64,000 nucleotides of DNA from Octopus vulgaris (GCA_951406725.2 OX597820.1:87792001-87856000); one strand, 5' to 3'; positions 10,001-22,229 are shown, counted from the first letter of the stretch. Notes: generated from the letters alone by a model not told the origin. Made by a program: numbers and translations.

Positions 10001-13000
10001 TACTCGCATAGCAAGTAATTTGATCTGAGATCGTGTGCTGAAACGAAAACAATTGCAGCGTGGAAGGTGTTTATAAGCCATTTAAGAAACACACAAAAGC
10101 CGTTCGATTCACTTCAACATTTAAGTTTAATTTGTCAAAATATTTTCCTCGCTAAAATCCGCGACCTGTTCACTGACAAAGTCCATGCTGCATCTCAGCA
10201 TTTATTTTGCTTGACATTAATAAAAATAAAGTTAAATTATGGTGACTGATAGACCCTCGTATGAAGCAAATGTGGTTACAAAGATTACATTATGACTCCT
10301 GTGAGTCACTGTCTCCATTCATTTTGCTATGGATGATGAGACTCACCTATGTGTTCAATTTATATATAACATAATGAAATTATTGTATACAGTGCTCAGG
10401 TACACCACAACTTGTCAAAAGTGCATATAAAGCATATGCATTAATGTACAAATGTCTGGAAAGTGAACAGTGTATGAGTCAGATACATGCTTGCATGTGT
10501 ATGGAGAGAAGAAAATCAGGTGTAGTGTTAGCGAATCTCAGGAAGCATGGAAGTTTTGAAGGATGCAGTGCTCCGACAACTAACAACTGATGCCGGCAGT
10601 TTGTTCCATGCTTCAGCAAATCTTAGCGTGAAAAAATGTTTCCAAAAGTCATGGGAGCTATGTTGTTTTCTGACTTTGTAATCATGTCCACGGGTGTTAG
10701 ACAGATGGAGTTTGAAAAGGTGCTCAGAGTTATTGTTTGTAAGATGGTTAGTAATTTTATGGGTGTCTGCCAAGTCAGCTGCCAGATGTTGGAGTTTCAA
10801 TGTATCCATGCCCAGGGAAGTAAGGCATTCAGAATATGGCAAATGCCTGACGGAGGGTATTTCTACAAGTAATAAGGAGCACTGGCCTCTTGCCAGACTT
10901 TGGTGCCTGGGGGTGCTTCAGAATATTCTGGGTGGGGAATAATTTGTATTGCAGGAAGATTTTTGTAAACTGAATTTTCTAACACTGAGGGTGCAACATT
11001 TAATAGTAAGAAGCTAGTGCCATCCAGTGTACCCCCTTAGCAATGGGCATGAAAAAGCAGGCTTTTGTTTAAAAGTGGAATTTAAAGTGTTATACTACTT
11101 TTCCTTTTCTTTTTTTTTTTATGAAGCTGAGAGCCTTTTGAAAGCACTCATTATTTCATGCCAAATCTTTATTTTAAGTGAGAGATTATGATCTTTTTAG
11201 GGATGCTGAAATAAATTTTTCAAAAGGGCAATTGACTTTTCCAAGTCAATGAATAATCTCACTAACATTTTTAGCATCTGAGGTCATCATAGAGCACGTA
11301 TAGCAAAACAGCAAAACGAAGTGATGGCCTTATTTGGACTACCATTGGTGTTTATGCTAGTGTTTAATTGCAGTGTATTTGGCTTTTGCTGAGGAAAATT
11401 TCAGTCTTTGATACTTATAAGACCCAAAACCTTGCATGACCTACAAAATATATTTATAAAACCTGGTGTCTCTCCCAAAGAATGATAAACTAATGTGCAA
11501 TCCATTTGCAGAAAGTAGCTAACAAATCAATTCCAGCCATGTTTTACTTTTTATTTTGAACATGTTATGCATTGAACAGATTTCTGTTAGAATTAAAGTG
11601 GACATTTACACCCCATGACATGATCATCATAATATATACTTTGGCATAAGAAAGAAGAGGGCAAATAAAAGATCAGAACATTATGAGTGTGTGTGTGTGT
11701 GTGTGTGTGTACATGCGTAATGTGTGCTTTGTGAATATATAATGTTCTGATCAGTTCTTGGCAAGCTTCTTTCTCGTGCTTAAGTACACATATATGAATA
11801 CTGTATTGTGGAATGTAAATGGCTTAAAATATCCAATTAAATTGAATTACTTTTAGTGAGAATTTTAAACATATTTTAATACTTCATCTAAACCAGTGTT
11901 TCTCAATTATTTTTTACCTATGGAGCCCCTTGATTCCTATTTTACTTGGATGGACCCTCCTAAGCATTCAATGTTTTAAAGAATCCTGCAATATTTTCAT
12001 AATTAAATATCATTTAGAATTGTATTAAAAAAATTTGTTAAAATATTTTGTGTACTGTAGAAGAATAACCAGTTTATTGCATGTAAATTTTAGCTACAAA
12101 ATCTTATGTGGACCCCCTCAAAGGGTCATATGGACACCAGTTGAGAACTACTGATCTAAACAAAAGATCTAAATGTAAGAAAAAGAAAAAAAAAAACAAA
12201 GTCAAGCAAAAACAAAGCAAACAAAAAAAAACAATAATTTTTCATTAAAGGGACTTTTTGAGAGTGACTAAAGAATATCATATTATAAAATACTATGTTT
12301 ATGTTTAATATGAGATGTTAATTTTATTTTATTTTCCAGAGGGTAAATGTGAACTCACTAAGGTGGTAGCATGCAAACTTCAAGAACACAATAAGATGAT
12401 AATGAACAATGGTACTTACTGCTCGTAAGTTTATTAAAGATTTCTCAGTTTGATGAAGCCTGTCATCTGCCTCTTATATAAGCTTTTATTCACCAAAGCC
12501 TTACAATCATCATCATCATCATCATCATCATTGTTTAATGTTCGTTTTCCAGGCTAGCATGGGTTGGATGGTTCAACCGGGGGTCTGGGAAGCCAGGAGG
12601 CTGCACCAGGCTCCAGTCTGATCTGGTGGTGTTTCTACAGCTGGATGCCCTTCCTAACGCCAATCACTCCATGAGTGTAGTGGGTGCTTTTTACGTGCCA
12701 CTAGCACAGGCCCCACAACTACCTGCTAATTATTAACCTATGTTTCCTTTATCCTCCTCCTTTCCACATCCTTTATCTCTCACTCAGACTCCTTGTCTCT
12801 TCTACTGCCATGGTGATAAACCAGTAAGGGAGCTTTTGTGTGGTCTTTTGACCTTCAAGTAATAGAAGCTAAATATCCTTAAAAATCACACTCTACTGCT
12901 TTTATAAAAGGCAGTGGGACATTGGATAATGTGATTCTAGATATATCCTTTTTGAGAAAATGCTGGAATAATCATTAATAGAACATCTTTGAATGCTGGG

Positions 13001-15588
13001 TACTTGATTAAGGTTGTCTATACAAGCAGGCAGATCATATATTGATCTGAACATGTTTTAACATAGCTTCCTAAAACTAATATACATGTATACTTGTGGT
13101 AGTAACACTCTGATAACAGGATTATTAAATAAATTGAAATTTCAGCTCAGCAGACTAAAAAGGGGTTTTGCTATCACAATATGGCTGATGGGAAAATGCC
13201 ACATAACACATTGTACTATTTCAATCTGAAACACCAGCAATCTTTTAATCTTTTTCTTGAAACCATCACATTTCATGTATCCTTCCATTTTAGAGCAGTA
13301 AATGATGATTTGATAGAGATCTTGCTGGTATTGAAGTTCTTTCAGGCGACCAGTTAAATAATAGTCTCCATGAATAGAGCAGAAACTGAGTGTTATAATT
13401 ATGGGGTAACAGGGTCTGAAAAATAGATGGGAGGGTCATGGTTGTAATGTATCATACTTTGTCTTACATGAATAGACACTCCTAAAATAATAAGTTTCCT
13501 CTTCTCCTTTGTAACATACAATGATACTAAAATTTATTAACTGTTCTGTGTGAGGTGGTTTCACAAAGTTCCCAGACTAGTTATGTTTAATAAAAAATAA
13601 CCTATCTGCCTAAGTTCTAACATCAGCACCTTGTGCAACAATATACATGTCCCAGCATCCCTGCCACTTTCAAATCCAGCTTAGAAGTAATTTTCTGTAA
13701 GTGAGTCGAGGACCTTCTGTGATTCACTCTGGATCTTGACAACGGTGTTAAAATGGTGACCTTTGAGCTACATTTTCATCATGAGGAAGAGATGAAAATC
13801 CGTAGGTGCTAAATCCACTCACAAGGCTTTGGTTGGCCTAAGGCTATAGTAGAAGACACTTGGCCAAGGTGCCACGCAGTGGGACTGAATCCGATAATAT
13901 ATATCTTATATTTTTCACTTGTTTCAGTCATTAGACCAGCCATGCCGGGGCACAGCCTTGAAGAACTTTTAGTTGAATGAATCAACCCCAGTAATTGTAT
14001 TTTTAAGCCTGGTACTTATTCTATCAGTCTTTTCTTGCTGAACTGCTAAGTTACAGGGACATATACACACCAACACTGGTTGTCAAGTAGTAGTGGGGGA
14101 CAAACAGAGACTCAAACATACACACACACACACACACAGATATATACATATATACGACAGGCTTCTTTCAGCTTCTGTCTACCAAATCCACTTTCAAGGC
14201 TTTGGTCAACCTGGGGCTATAGTAGAAGGTACTTGCCCAGTGTACCATGCAGTGGATCTGAACCTCGGACCATGTGGTTGGGAAGCAAACTTCTTACCAC
14301 ACGGCCATACCTGCACCTATAGAAATTTATAACTATTTTGTTCTTTTCTCCAGATACCATCCCGCATATCTGAAATGTTATGATAACACTGACTGCGAAG
14401 ACTTGATGAAGGCTGAGGATAAAATGATGCAGAATTACTGTGGTAAATATTAGTATTCTTTATTTTTTTTATTGGTTTCAGTTGTTGGGCTGAGGTATTG
14501 CTTTAAGTTGTGCTTCCTTGTTTGTCCATGGACAAGATACCTCAAGAACCGCTGGATGAATTCAGATGAAACTTTCAGGATGATTGGCCTCATAACTGGC
14601 ACAAACTGATTAGATTCTGGGATCGATCTGATACCAGACAAAGATTCTGGATCATTTGTTACATTTACTTTACTTTACATGACTACGATCTTATGTTCAC
14701 TTTCAAGTCTTTCTCAATTATCTCCCTTTAGGTTGTTTCCAAAGTTTTATTTTCATTCCTCTATCATTAATTTTACTTGTGTCTCTATCTTAGTGAAAAC
14801 TAATGGATAAAGAAATCAAACTACATAAACAAACAGCAGCAAAAACCGTTCAAAAATTAAGTAACACTAACATATTTTTATAACATATATATATTATATA
14901 TTATACATACACATTAACACTTTACAGTATACTTACATATATACATATATCTATACATATATCTAAAACAACAGGAATACTAAAGGAAGGCTGGAATTTA
15001 AGAGAAGAGAAAAACCAACATGTCTCTTGCTATTCATTTAAAAATTCCTGAGTAGAACTTATTACTATTACCTCCACCTATGAAACTATTTTGAATAGTG
15101 AATTTGTTAACCTTGGCTTGTATTAGATAAAGATAAACTATTTATTACAGTTGCTCAATTTTCTACAACCACCTGCACATTCTATGACTACCACTGGGAT
15201 CAATCAAGTACCGGACAAGGATTCTGGATTATCTATGCGGTTTTTTTTTACTTAATTTTTGAGAGTGGTCACTGTTCCTGTTTAGTATTCTCATTTGTGA
15301 GAGCAGTTGAGTTTATTTCAGATTTTCTCATTCTAAAAATAATCTATGGCTAATCACTGAGAGGATGTTGGTGTTGCCTTGGCAGGGTCTGTACTCTCTG
15401 AGTGGTCTTGTTTCAATTGATATATATTCTTTGAATGATTAAATTTATTCTTTTTGTTGGAAGGGGAACTACCCAATGCATTTACACCAGTACACACACA
15501 GACACACAATGCATTTACACCAGTACACACACAGACACACAAAACCACATACAATTCCACTCATACATACACATTGGTATATACATAC

Positions 15589-15619
<31 letters not shown>

Positions 15620-17519
15620 TGTATGTATGTACATATACATGCATTAATTAATTAATATATACATGCATACACATATATTATATGCATGCATACAGACATG
15701 CTCACACACACGCATGCATATATATATATATAAATATAAATGTGTATATCTATCTGCCTATCTATCTATCTATCTATCTATCTATCTCTTTATATATGTA
15801 TGTATATATAATCACACATGCCAATCTTCTCCTGAGGAGGGTTTGCCTTGCTTTGACTAAAGATTCATTGGAACCTCTGTTATTCTACATACCTATGACA
15901 TCATGCCCATCTATTATGTATGTATATGTATGACGTGTGTGCATGTGTTCGCATGTGTAAGTGTGTGTGTGTGTGGTTGTATGTATTTTGACTTCTTACT
16001 TTTCTCTTTAATGTCTACTTAAATTTGTTTTGTTTTACCTTTTAACTTTTGGCCTGTTTGGAAACACCAGGAAGTTGCATCCATAAAGAATTTACATGCT
16101 TGAGAATTCTTAAAGATATCAAGAAAGTTGAACACAGCAAAGAGAAAATATGCGAGTAAGACTTATAAAACCTATTGTTGTTGTTGTTGTTTTTTCATTG
16201 AGAAAACTTATATTAAAATGGTAATGGGTTAACAGAATAAGTGGAACACTGAACAAAATAGTATTCATGATTGTACTTTTAAAGGCATTAGTGATGCTAG
16301 TAGCAGAGATATAGTTATAAATAGCTACAGGAAATGGGTTATGGATTAGGATTGCTGGGAGCTTATCTCAGTGGTTGCTACTATTATTGTTATAATAATG
16401 AATAATGAACTTATTGTAAATGGTGCTGAGGTACACTACAATGTCTTGTTATATTTAGTTTCATCCCTTTGCATTCTGAGTTAAAATCCTAGGTCAGTCA
16501 ACTTAAGTCTTTCATCCCAGCAAGGCCAATAAAATAATGTAATGAGCAACTATTAGTATTATATTTGTGGAGGCGCAATGGCCCCGTGGTTAGGGCAGTG
16601 GACTCACGGTTGGAGGATCGCGGTTTCGATTCCCAGACCGGGTGTTGTGTGTGTTTTTATTGAGCGAAAACACCTAAAAGCTCCACAAGGCTCCAGTAGA
16701 GGGTGGTGGCGACCCCTGTTGTACTCTTTCGCCACAACTTTCTCTCATTCTCTCTTACTGTTTTTTTGAGTAATGCTGCGATGGACTGGTGTCCCGTCCA
16801 GCTGGGGGGGAACACATATGCCACAGAAACTGGGAAACCGGGCCCATGAGCCTGGCTAGGCTTGAAAAGGGAGACAAAACAAAACTATGATATTTTACCT
16901 ACACAAAATCTAGGACCTGTGGCTTATGGCAAAAACCAGTATATTACAATATGTTCATTACATGCAGCTATGAACTATATATGTTGCCCTTTGGTATCCA
17001 TTGAAGGTGAGGTTGATTGATAAAATATAAACCAACGCCTTTATTTGTCCTTTGGAAATCCAAGTTAGTTGATGGAAATAGTAATAACCTTTCTTTATAG
17101 GATATTTGGGATATGAAGTGTGAGGCCTTGGTGTATATTTATTGAATCTAAAGGAGTTGTGAGGTGTATTGTGATGGGGCAACCAAACACTTTTGATTGG
17201 ACTGTTGATAGCAAAATATCTCGGTTACAAACCAAACACAATATTAGTGATGCAATAGAATCTACTGTCTTTTCAGTCAGTTGTGTTGATCCCTGTCCAC
17301 CACTTGGCCATGTTCACTCTCATATTAGTTATATTTCTTTCAATGTATAACTGAGATAGATGGTCAATCACTCTCAATTGCAATGTCTACTTCTGTGATG
17401 AAATATGTCTGCAAAGATGAAATGCTCATAGCTGGAAAATTTTTTATCAAAGATCTTCTCAATCACGACTGACCTAGGATTAAACAACAAAAACAGCAAC
17501 AACCACATTCTCCATCTAA

Positions 17520-17568
<49 letters not shown>

Positions 17569-20500
17569 AAAAAAAAGAGAAAGAAGAAAGAAAAGACTTT
17601 TGTCAAAAAATCTTTATCTCCTGTTTTATGTGCTGAAATAATATATTTCATCTTATCTTATTTATATTTCCTTTATTTTAGTGTATTTGCAAAGACAAAA
17701 TCCTGCTTGGATGATACTCAATGTCATTTCCATAAATATGAGCATTTGGTAAAAGCTATTACAGCATCATGTGGTAAGTTGTCTTCTAAATTAGTTGTGT
17801 GTCATCTTTACACCATTAATCTGTCATGCTTATTTCTCTTCTTATCATCACATGTACTGTGTCTAACCCACCTACATCCCTGCATCACACTACGCATTAT
17901 CCCCAGTCCTTCGCCCAACAAAACAGCACTCTGAAATTCCTTTCCTGTCATAATTTTCTGCAGATGATCCACCTTATTATCTCTGAGTGGAGCCTGTAAT
18001 GATCACACACACTACTCTTCCCTTTTTATTAACTTCATATAAAGAAAAAATGTGGTGGAGCAATCATTTTTGGTATAATTAAATATCTGTGAACCATTGA
18101 ATTGTAGATAGTTAAAGGGAAAGAAAAGGGAGCTACCAACTGAGAGATACATACCGTAGTGTGTCAAACCGAGCATAAAAATAAATCTATCTAAATGCAG
18201 CTTAAATGACTCACAAGGAAATTGAGGTAATACCAGTTACATTGTTTGAAATTCTTGAGTAAGTTTGCTAAGCTATTACACCTGTCACTCATTTGGGTTC
18301 CTCCTATACAATCCCAGAATGCATATATGATGCTATTCCAGTTATCTCAAAAATATATAAAGGGAATGTTCCTATGAATAGTGCCAAGTGCCTTACAACA
18401 GCTCATTGTTCAACTGTAGGTAAATAAATACCAGCCTCAAGGTATTGTTTTCACTGTTATTCACTTTTTTATCCACTGACCGACCTTATGTGTGATGACC
18501 ATCCACAAAAAACAATGAAGGAGGGACAGTACGAAAGTGAAACCTAAAACATTTGTGGGATTTTGCATCAAGTATGGAAAACCAACATAAAACATAAAAG
18601 AAATTAATGTGATATATAAATATGAATAAATACATCCCAAATTTAAAGGAAAGCATCACTTCAGGATTTCAATGAAAATCTAGTGAACCCTGGGTTACTG
18701 TTATTAGTATGGTATGTATGTATGTCCTTGTCCCAGTTACTGTCTCTTTTGTTTGCAGAGTAGACCTATTCTACAGAGCCAAACAATCCAGCTTTCACTT
18801 TATAATATTAAATTATTTCATTAAAGAAAAAAAAAGTTGATAATCTGTTGTCTGGGGAGAGTCATTTTCTTTTCGTGCCTAATGATTTAGGAAAATAAAA
18901 ATAAGAATTAAGTGGAAATATTTAGGAAAATGAAAATAAGAATTAAGTGGAAATTTTACCAGTGTGTTAAATCATAAGGCACAAAAAGAAAATGATTCCC
19001 CAGACACAGCAGAATATGCTTCAACACATGAACTCATATAAAAAATTTTGCAAACCAAATCCAAAAACGAAATAAAAGTTGATAAATTTTCTGTTTTCAT
19101 TCTAACTTGCAGAAGGCTCCTGTGACTTACCTGCTCTAGTGAAATGTAAGAATAAGATGTATAAAGAACTGCACATAACAAAGAAGAATGTCTGTCAGTA
19201 AGTCTTGTCGCAAAATCTGTTTCACTCCAATCATCTTTGTTAATAATTAGGTCAGACTTGTTGTATGCAGTTGTTGTCTTCTTTATGATAGGATTACTCA
19301 TATATAGTAACAGTGAGTCAAAAAACTTCCATCAACTGTAATTATCCAAGTAATTAGGGGACAAAACACCCTCTTTGGAGTGTTTAAAAGCTAAAAAAAA
19401 ATGAACAAGGGAGATAATTCCCATTAGCTCAGTTACAGTATTTACTAAGCTGAATCTGTATTATTTTTTTTTGTTTTTTAAACAAGTGTGATGATAATGA
19501 TAATGATGTTTCTGTCTTATTAGATGCTAGCAAAGTATATTCGATTTAGTTTGCAAGACTAACCCTTTGTTCCCATTAAGAAAGCCTATCTTATGGAAGA
19601 TAGACTCTGCTTCACTGTTGAAGTTTTATAAGACCAAAATATGTCCAGAGTTCTCAGTATTGTCAAACCCATGACTTAGTGTTTTATTTTTTAATTAAAT
19701 ATGAGTGTTGTCTCCCTTGCTTTTTATTTACCCAAATTATCGTTACGATAAGGATTTTTGCCCCCTTAATGCATGTGTAATTTTAACTGCTGAATATTTT
19801 TCAGCTTCGTCATTAAGTATATTAACACAGACTTTACTGTAGTATGGAGGTAGCAAGTTGAACATTCTGTGATGAGGTCCACAGGTCTTACATATCATAT
19901 ATATCCAAACCTTTGTCTATTTGTCAAAATCATTTAGTTGACGGAACGATCCTAGTAGATAAACTGTTGTCATATTGCATTTGTTTCTGTAGGCGCAGGA
20001 GTGGCTGTGTGGTAAGAAGCTTGTTTACCAACCACATGGTTCCGGGTTCAGTCCCACTGCGTGGCACCTTGGGCAAGTGTCTTCTACTATAGCCTCGGGC
20101 CCACCAAAGCCTTGTGAGTGGATTTGGTAGACGGAAACTGAAAGAAGCCCGTCATATATATGTATATATATATGTATGTATGTGTGCATGTATGTTTGTG
20201 TGTCTGTGTTTGTCCCATCCAACATCGCTTGACAACCGATGCTGGTGTGCTTACGTCCCCGTCATTGGCAGTTTGGCAAAAAGAGACCGATAGAATAAGT
20301 ACTGGGCTTACAAAGAATAAGTCCCGGGGTCGAGTTGCTCAATTAAAGGCGGTGCTCCAGCATGGCCGCAGTCAAATGACTGAAACAAGTAAAAGAGTAA
20401 AAGTGTAAAGTGAACAAAGATTATTTCATATTTATAATCAAATTTTAATTTATAATCTTTTTATATCCTTTTTTTTTTTTTAGAGAGTACCCTAAATTTA

Positions 20501-22039
20501 AAGAGTGCTTCGTAAATGCAGGTTGTGATGAACTGTTAGCAGCTAATAAAAAGTTTATGGCTCACTTCTGTCGTAAGTATATGTATCAACAATCTGAAGT
20601 GTAATGTCTACAGTTAATAATTCTTTATTGTGAACGACAGAAATTTATTGCTCTCACTTTTTGTATTTGTGTATATATTTATATTTCTTCTTTCTTTGAT
20701 TATTACTTACATAGAAATAGTATCATGCATGATCCTTGATACACATAGGACTTGTAATAAGGGTAGGGGGTGGTAATTAACAGATGTATAATTTGTACCA
20801 GGGGCGGGTTATAATCAATGCGGCAGGTGTATGATTTGTAATTAAAATTGGTCACAACTCACAGTGGGTGGTGTGCCATGACCGACACATGGTTGGTGCA
20901 TAATTTGTATTGAGGGTGGGTCATATTTGGCACATGGTGGTTTATGACTTGTAACTGACATGTGGAAGGTACATGAAATGTATAGGGGTGGGTCTTGAAA
21001 GACACATAGTGGGTACATATAAGGTGGTGAGCTGGCAGAAATGTTAGCACGCCGGGTGAAATGCTTAGCCGTATTTCGTCTGCCATTACGTTTTGAGTTC
21101 AAATTCTGATGAGGTCGACTTTGTCTTTCATCCTTTCGGGGTTGATAAATTAAGTACCAGTTACACACTGGGGTCGATATAATCGACTTAATCAGTTTGT
21201 CTCCTCTGTGTTTAGCCTCTTGTGGGTAGTAAAGAAATAGGTATTTCGTCTGCCATTATGTTCTGAGTTCAAATTCCACAGAGGTCGACTTTGTCTTTCA
21301 TCCCTTTGGGGTCAATAAATTAAGTACCAGTTACACACTGGAGTCAATGTAATTGACTTAATCCGTGTGTCTGTCCCCTCTATGTTTAGCCCCTTGTGGG
21401 CAATAAAGAAATAAAACACATAGTGGGTACATGGATATTTCTCCTCCCACCATCTGTCATTTACATAGTTTTGTTGTTTTATTAATATCTGCATGTTAAT
21501 AACACATTCTAGTTCATCTGTCCCTCTTCCTTCCTTCCCCTATATCTGCTTCTTTTCTTTGTACTCATCTAATATATTATGTATCTATCACATTGCTTGA
21601 CTTTTCAGCAACCAAAGGTATTAATTGAGTGACCAACGCTACTGATATCTTGTTTGGGGTGGAGGAAGGGAACAGTAGTTTGTTATCAGTGTCAGAACTT
21701 GACTGGTATTTTATCGCTCCTTTGGGGTGAAAGACAGAATCGATTCCCTTCACCCATCTCTCCCTCCTTTTATGCCTATCACCTATTGACACATTAATTT
21801 CATATCTGCCAGATATTTAGTCACATTTAGTTTCTCCAGGTAGGGGTTTTCAATTAAGTCATTTTTGGGTGCACTTTGTTTATTTTCCCATTTTTTGTGC
21901 CTGGAGACATGTAAAAATTTTCCTAGCAATCTGGAATAATCCACATGGACATACCAAAGTAACAACTCATTCTGAATATATATATTTTTAATATTTTTTT
22001 TTAAACTTTTTCTTTGCAGATAAACAGAATAGGTCTTAA
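6522..22039 (+). CDS. Whole gene span (10 coding exons, 780 nt CDS, 259 aa): uncharacterised secreted cysteine-rich protein with four tandem 6-Cys modules
   Basis: Exons 6522-6561, 8250-8352, 9787-9878, 12340-12424, 14354-14442, 16071-16155, 17682-17773, 19113-19197, 20484-20572 and 22020-22039 are all GT-AG, phase-compatible and stop-free. Spliced protein: [259 protein letters not shown]. Confidence 0.88.
6667..6745. repeat. (TA)n microsatellite; others include (TACA)n 2110-2220, (TA)n 2585-2631, 6976-7024, 17524-17565, 46466-46500, (GA)n 53203-53237, (CA)n 63743-63793
   Basis: Direct inspection. Confidence 0.95.
6746..6903. repeat. 158-bp near-perfect palindrome with a hammerhead-like core in each arm
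   Basis: Centre TGCTAGCA (6821-6828), 79-bp arms with one mismatch seen; CTGT-CTGATGA-N10-GAAA-CTCAGAG-TA-ACAG. Confidence 0.9.
7066..7293 (-). mobile_element. tRNA-derived SINE family 3; other copies at 21021-21413(+, internal duplication), 34706-34840, 39290-39505(-), 51090-51405(-), 54665-54875(+), 60791-60872(+)
   Basis: AGGCGGCGAGCTGGCAGAAACGTTAG...GAGTTCAAATTC...CATCCTTTCG.GGTCGATAAATTAAGTACCAG. Confidence 0.85.
8250..8352 (+). CDS. Secreted Cys-rich gene exon 2 (module 1, first half)
   Basis: Acceptor ttctgtag, [34 protein letters not shown], donor gtaagt, phase 1->2. Confidence 0.85.
8830..9280 (+). mobile_element. Decayed RTE-clade LINE ORF fragment
   Basis: Degenerate homolog of the RT C-terminal region at 25798-26470 (FHYL..DQVS.GGGCSE, HGSETW..., [21 protein letters not shown]). 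Confidence 0.75.
9285..9600 (-). mobile_element. Mariner transposase fragment
   Basis: [17 protein letters not shown] resembles the YSPDLAPSDYHL motif. Confidence 0.75.
9787..9878 (+). CDS. Secreted Cys-rich gene exon 3 (module 1, second half)
   Basis: Polypyrimidine tract plus tttaag, [31 protein letters not shown], donor gtaagt, phase 2->1, 92 nt. Confidence 0.85.
10365..10860 (-). mobile_element. CR1/L2-type LINE 3' end
   Basis: [38 protein letters not shown] is a typical CR1-group ORF2 C-terminus; same family as 62787-63105. Confidence 0.85.
11894..12153. mobile_element. hAT-type MITE
   Basis: TIRs CAGTGTTTCTCAA / TTGAGAACTACTG; perfect 8-bp TSD ATCTAAAC. Confidence 0.88.
12340..12424 (+). 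CDS. Secreted Cys-rich gene exon 4 (module 2, first half)
   Basis: Acceptor ttttccag, [28 protein letters not shown], donor gtaagt, 85 nt. Confidence 0.85.
12507..12715 (-). mobile_element. Short 3'-end copy of the same RTE LINE; further copies at about 27361-27772(-), 32333-32600(-), 34295-34700(-), 41130-41604(+), 49300-49553(+), 50530-50834(+), 51904-52245(-), 53731-53960(-)
   Basis: Shared core (CAT)n-CGTTTAACGTCC...GCATGGGTTGGACGG...CTACAGCTGGATGCCCTTCCTAACGCCAACCAC. Confidence 0.88.
14354..14442 (+). CDS. Secreted Cys-rich gene exon 5 (module 2, second half)
   Basis: Acceptor ttttctccag, [30 protein letters not shown], donor gtaaat, 89 nt. Confidence 0.85.
16071..16155 (+). CDS. Secreted Cys-rich gene exon 6 (module 3, first half)
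   Basis: Acceptor caccag, [28 protein letters not shown] (shares SKEKIC with exon 2), donor gtaaga, 85 nt. Confidence 0.83.
16569..16872 (+). mobile_element. tRNA-derived SINE family 1, tail type C
   Basis: Same head and core, different 3' part (CTGCGATGGACTGG..TCCCGTCCAG...). Confidence 0.82.
17682..17773 (+). CDS. Secreted Cys-rich gene exon 7 (module 3, second half)
   Basis: Acceptor tattttag, [31 protein letters not shown], donor gtaagt, 92 nt like exon 3. Confidence 0.85.
19113..19197 (+). CDS. Secreted Cys-rich gene exon 8 (module 4, first half)
   Basis: Acceptor tctaacttgcag, [28 protein letters not shown], donor gtaagt, 85 nt like exon 4. Confidence 0.85.
19991..20405 (+). mobile_element. 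tRNA-derived SINE family 2 with internal microsatellite; other copies at 36686-37095(+), 62125-62502(+), 1905-2806(-, interrupted), 13915-14320(-), 26503-26872(-), 48925-49283(-), plus many fragments
   Basis: A box TGGCTGTGTGG, B-box-like GGTTCAGTCC, CORE-like CCTTGGGCAAGTG, tail GAAACAAGTAAAAGAGTAAAAG. Confidence 0.88.
20484..20572 (+). CDS. Secreted Cys-rich gene exon 9 (module 4, second half)
   Basis: Poly-T tract plus tag, [30 protein letters not shown], donor gtaagt, 89 nt like exon 5. Confidence 0.85.
22020..22039 (+). CDS. Secreted Cys-rich gene terminal coding exon
   Basis: Strong acceptor tttttctttgcag, HKQNRS-TAA, AATAAA about 50 nt downstream. Confidence 0.72.
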
Positions 22040-22091
22040 AACGTGATGACAGCACTATCTTCAGCAAACCTGTTTTTCCAAAATTCCGCAT

Positions 22092-22097
22092 AATAAA
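22092..22097 (+). terminator. Polyadenylation signal of the secreted Cys-rich gene
   Basis: AATAAA shortly after the stop codon, followed by a GT/T-rich stretch. Confidence 0.6.
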
Positions 22098-22229
22098 ATA
22101 ATTGGTTAAATACATCTGTATTTGAGTTGTTGTTTCAATTGTTTTCAATGTAAATCTTCTGTTCCATCACTGATTTTCTTACTGAATCTCATTTAATACA
22201 TTTTTGTCAATGCAAAGGACTTAGCAACT

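Noticed and set aside
10120-10185. Stem-loop TTTGTC...GACAAA in a Penelope-looking fragment
   Set aside because: Core nucleotides do not match CUGANGA/GAAA well enough to call a ribozyme.
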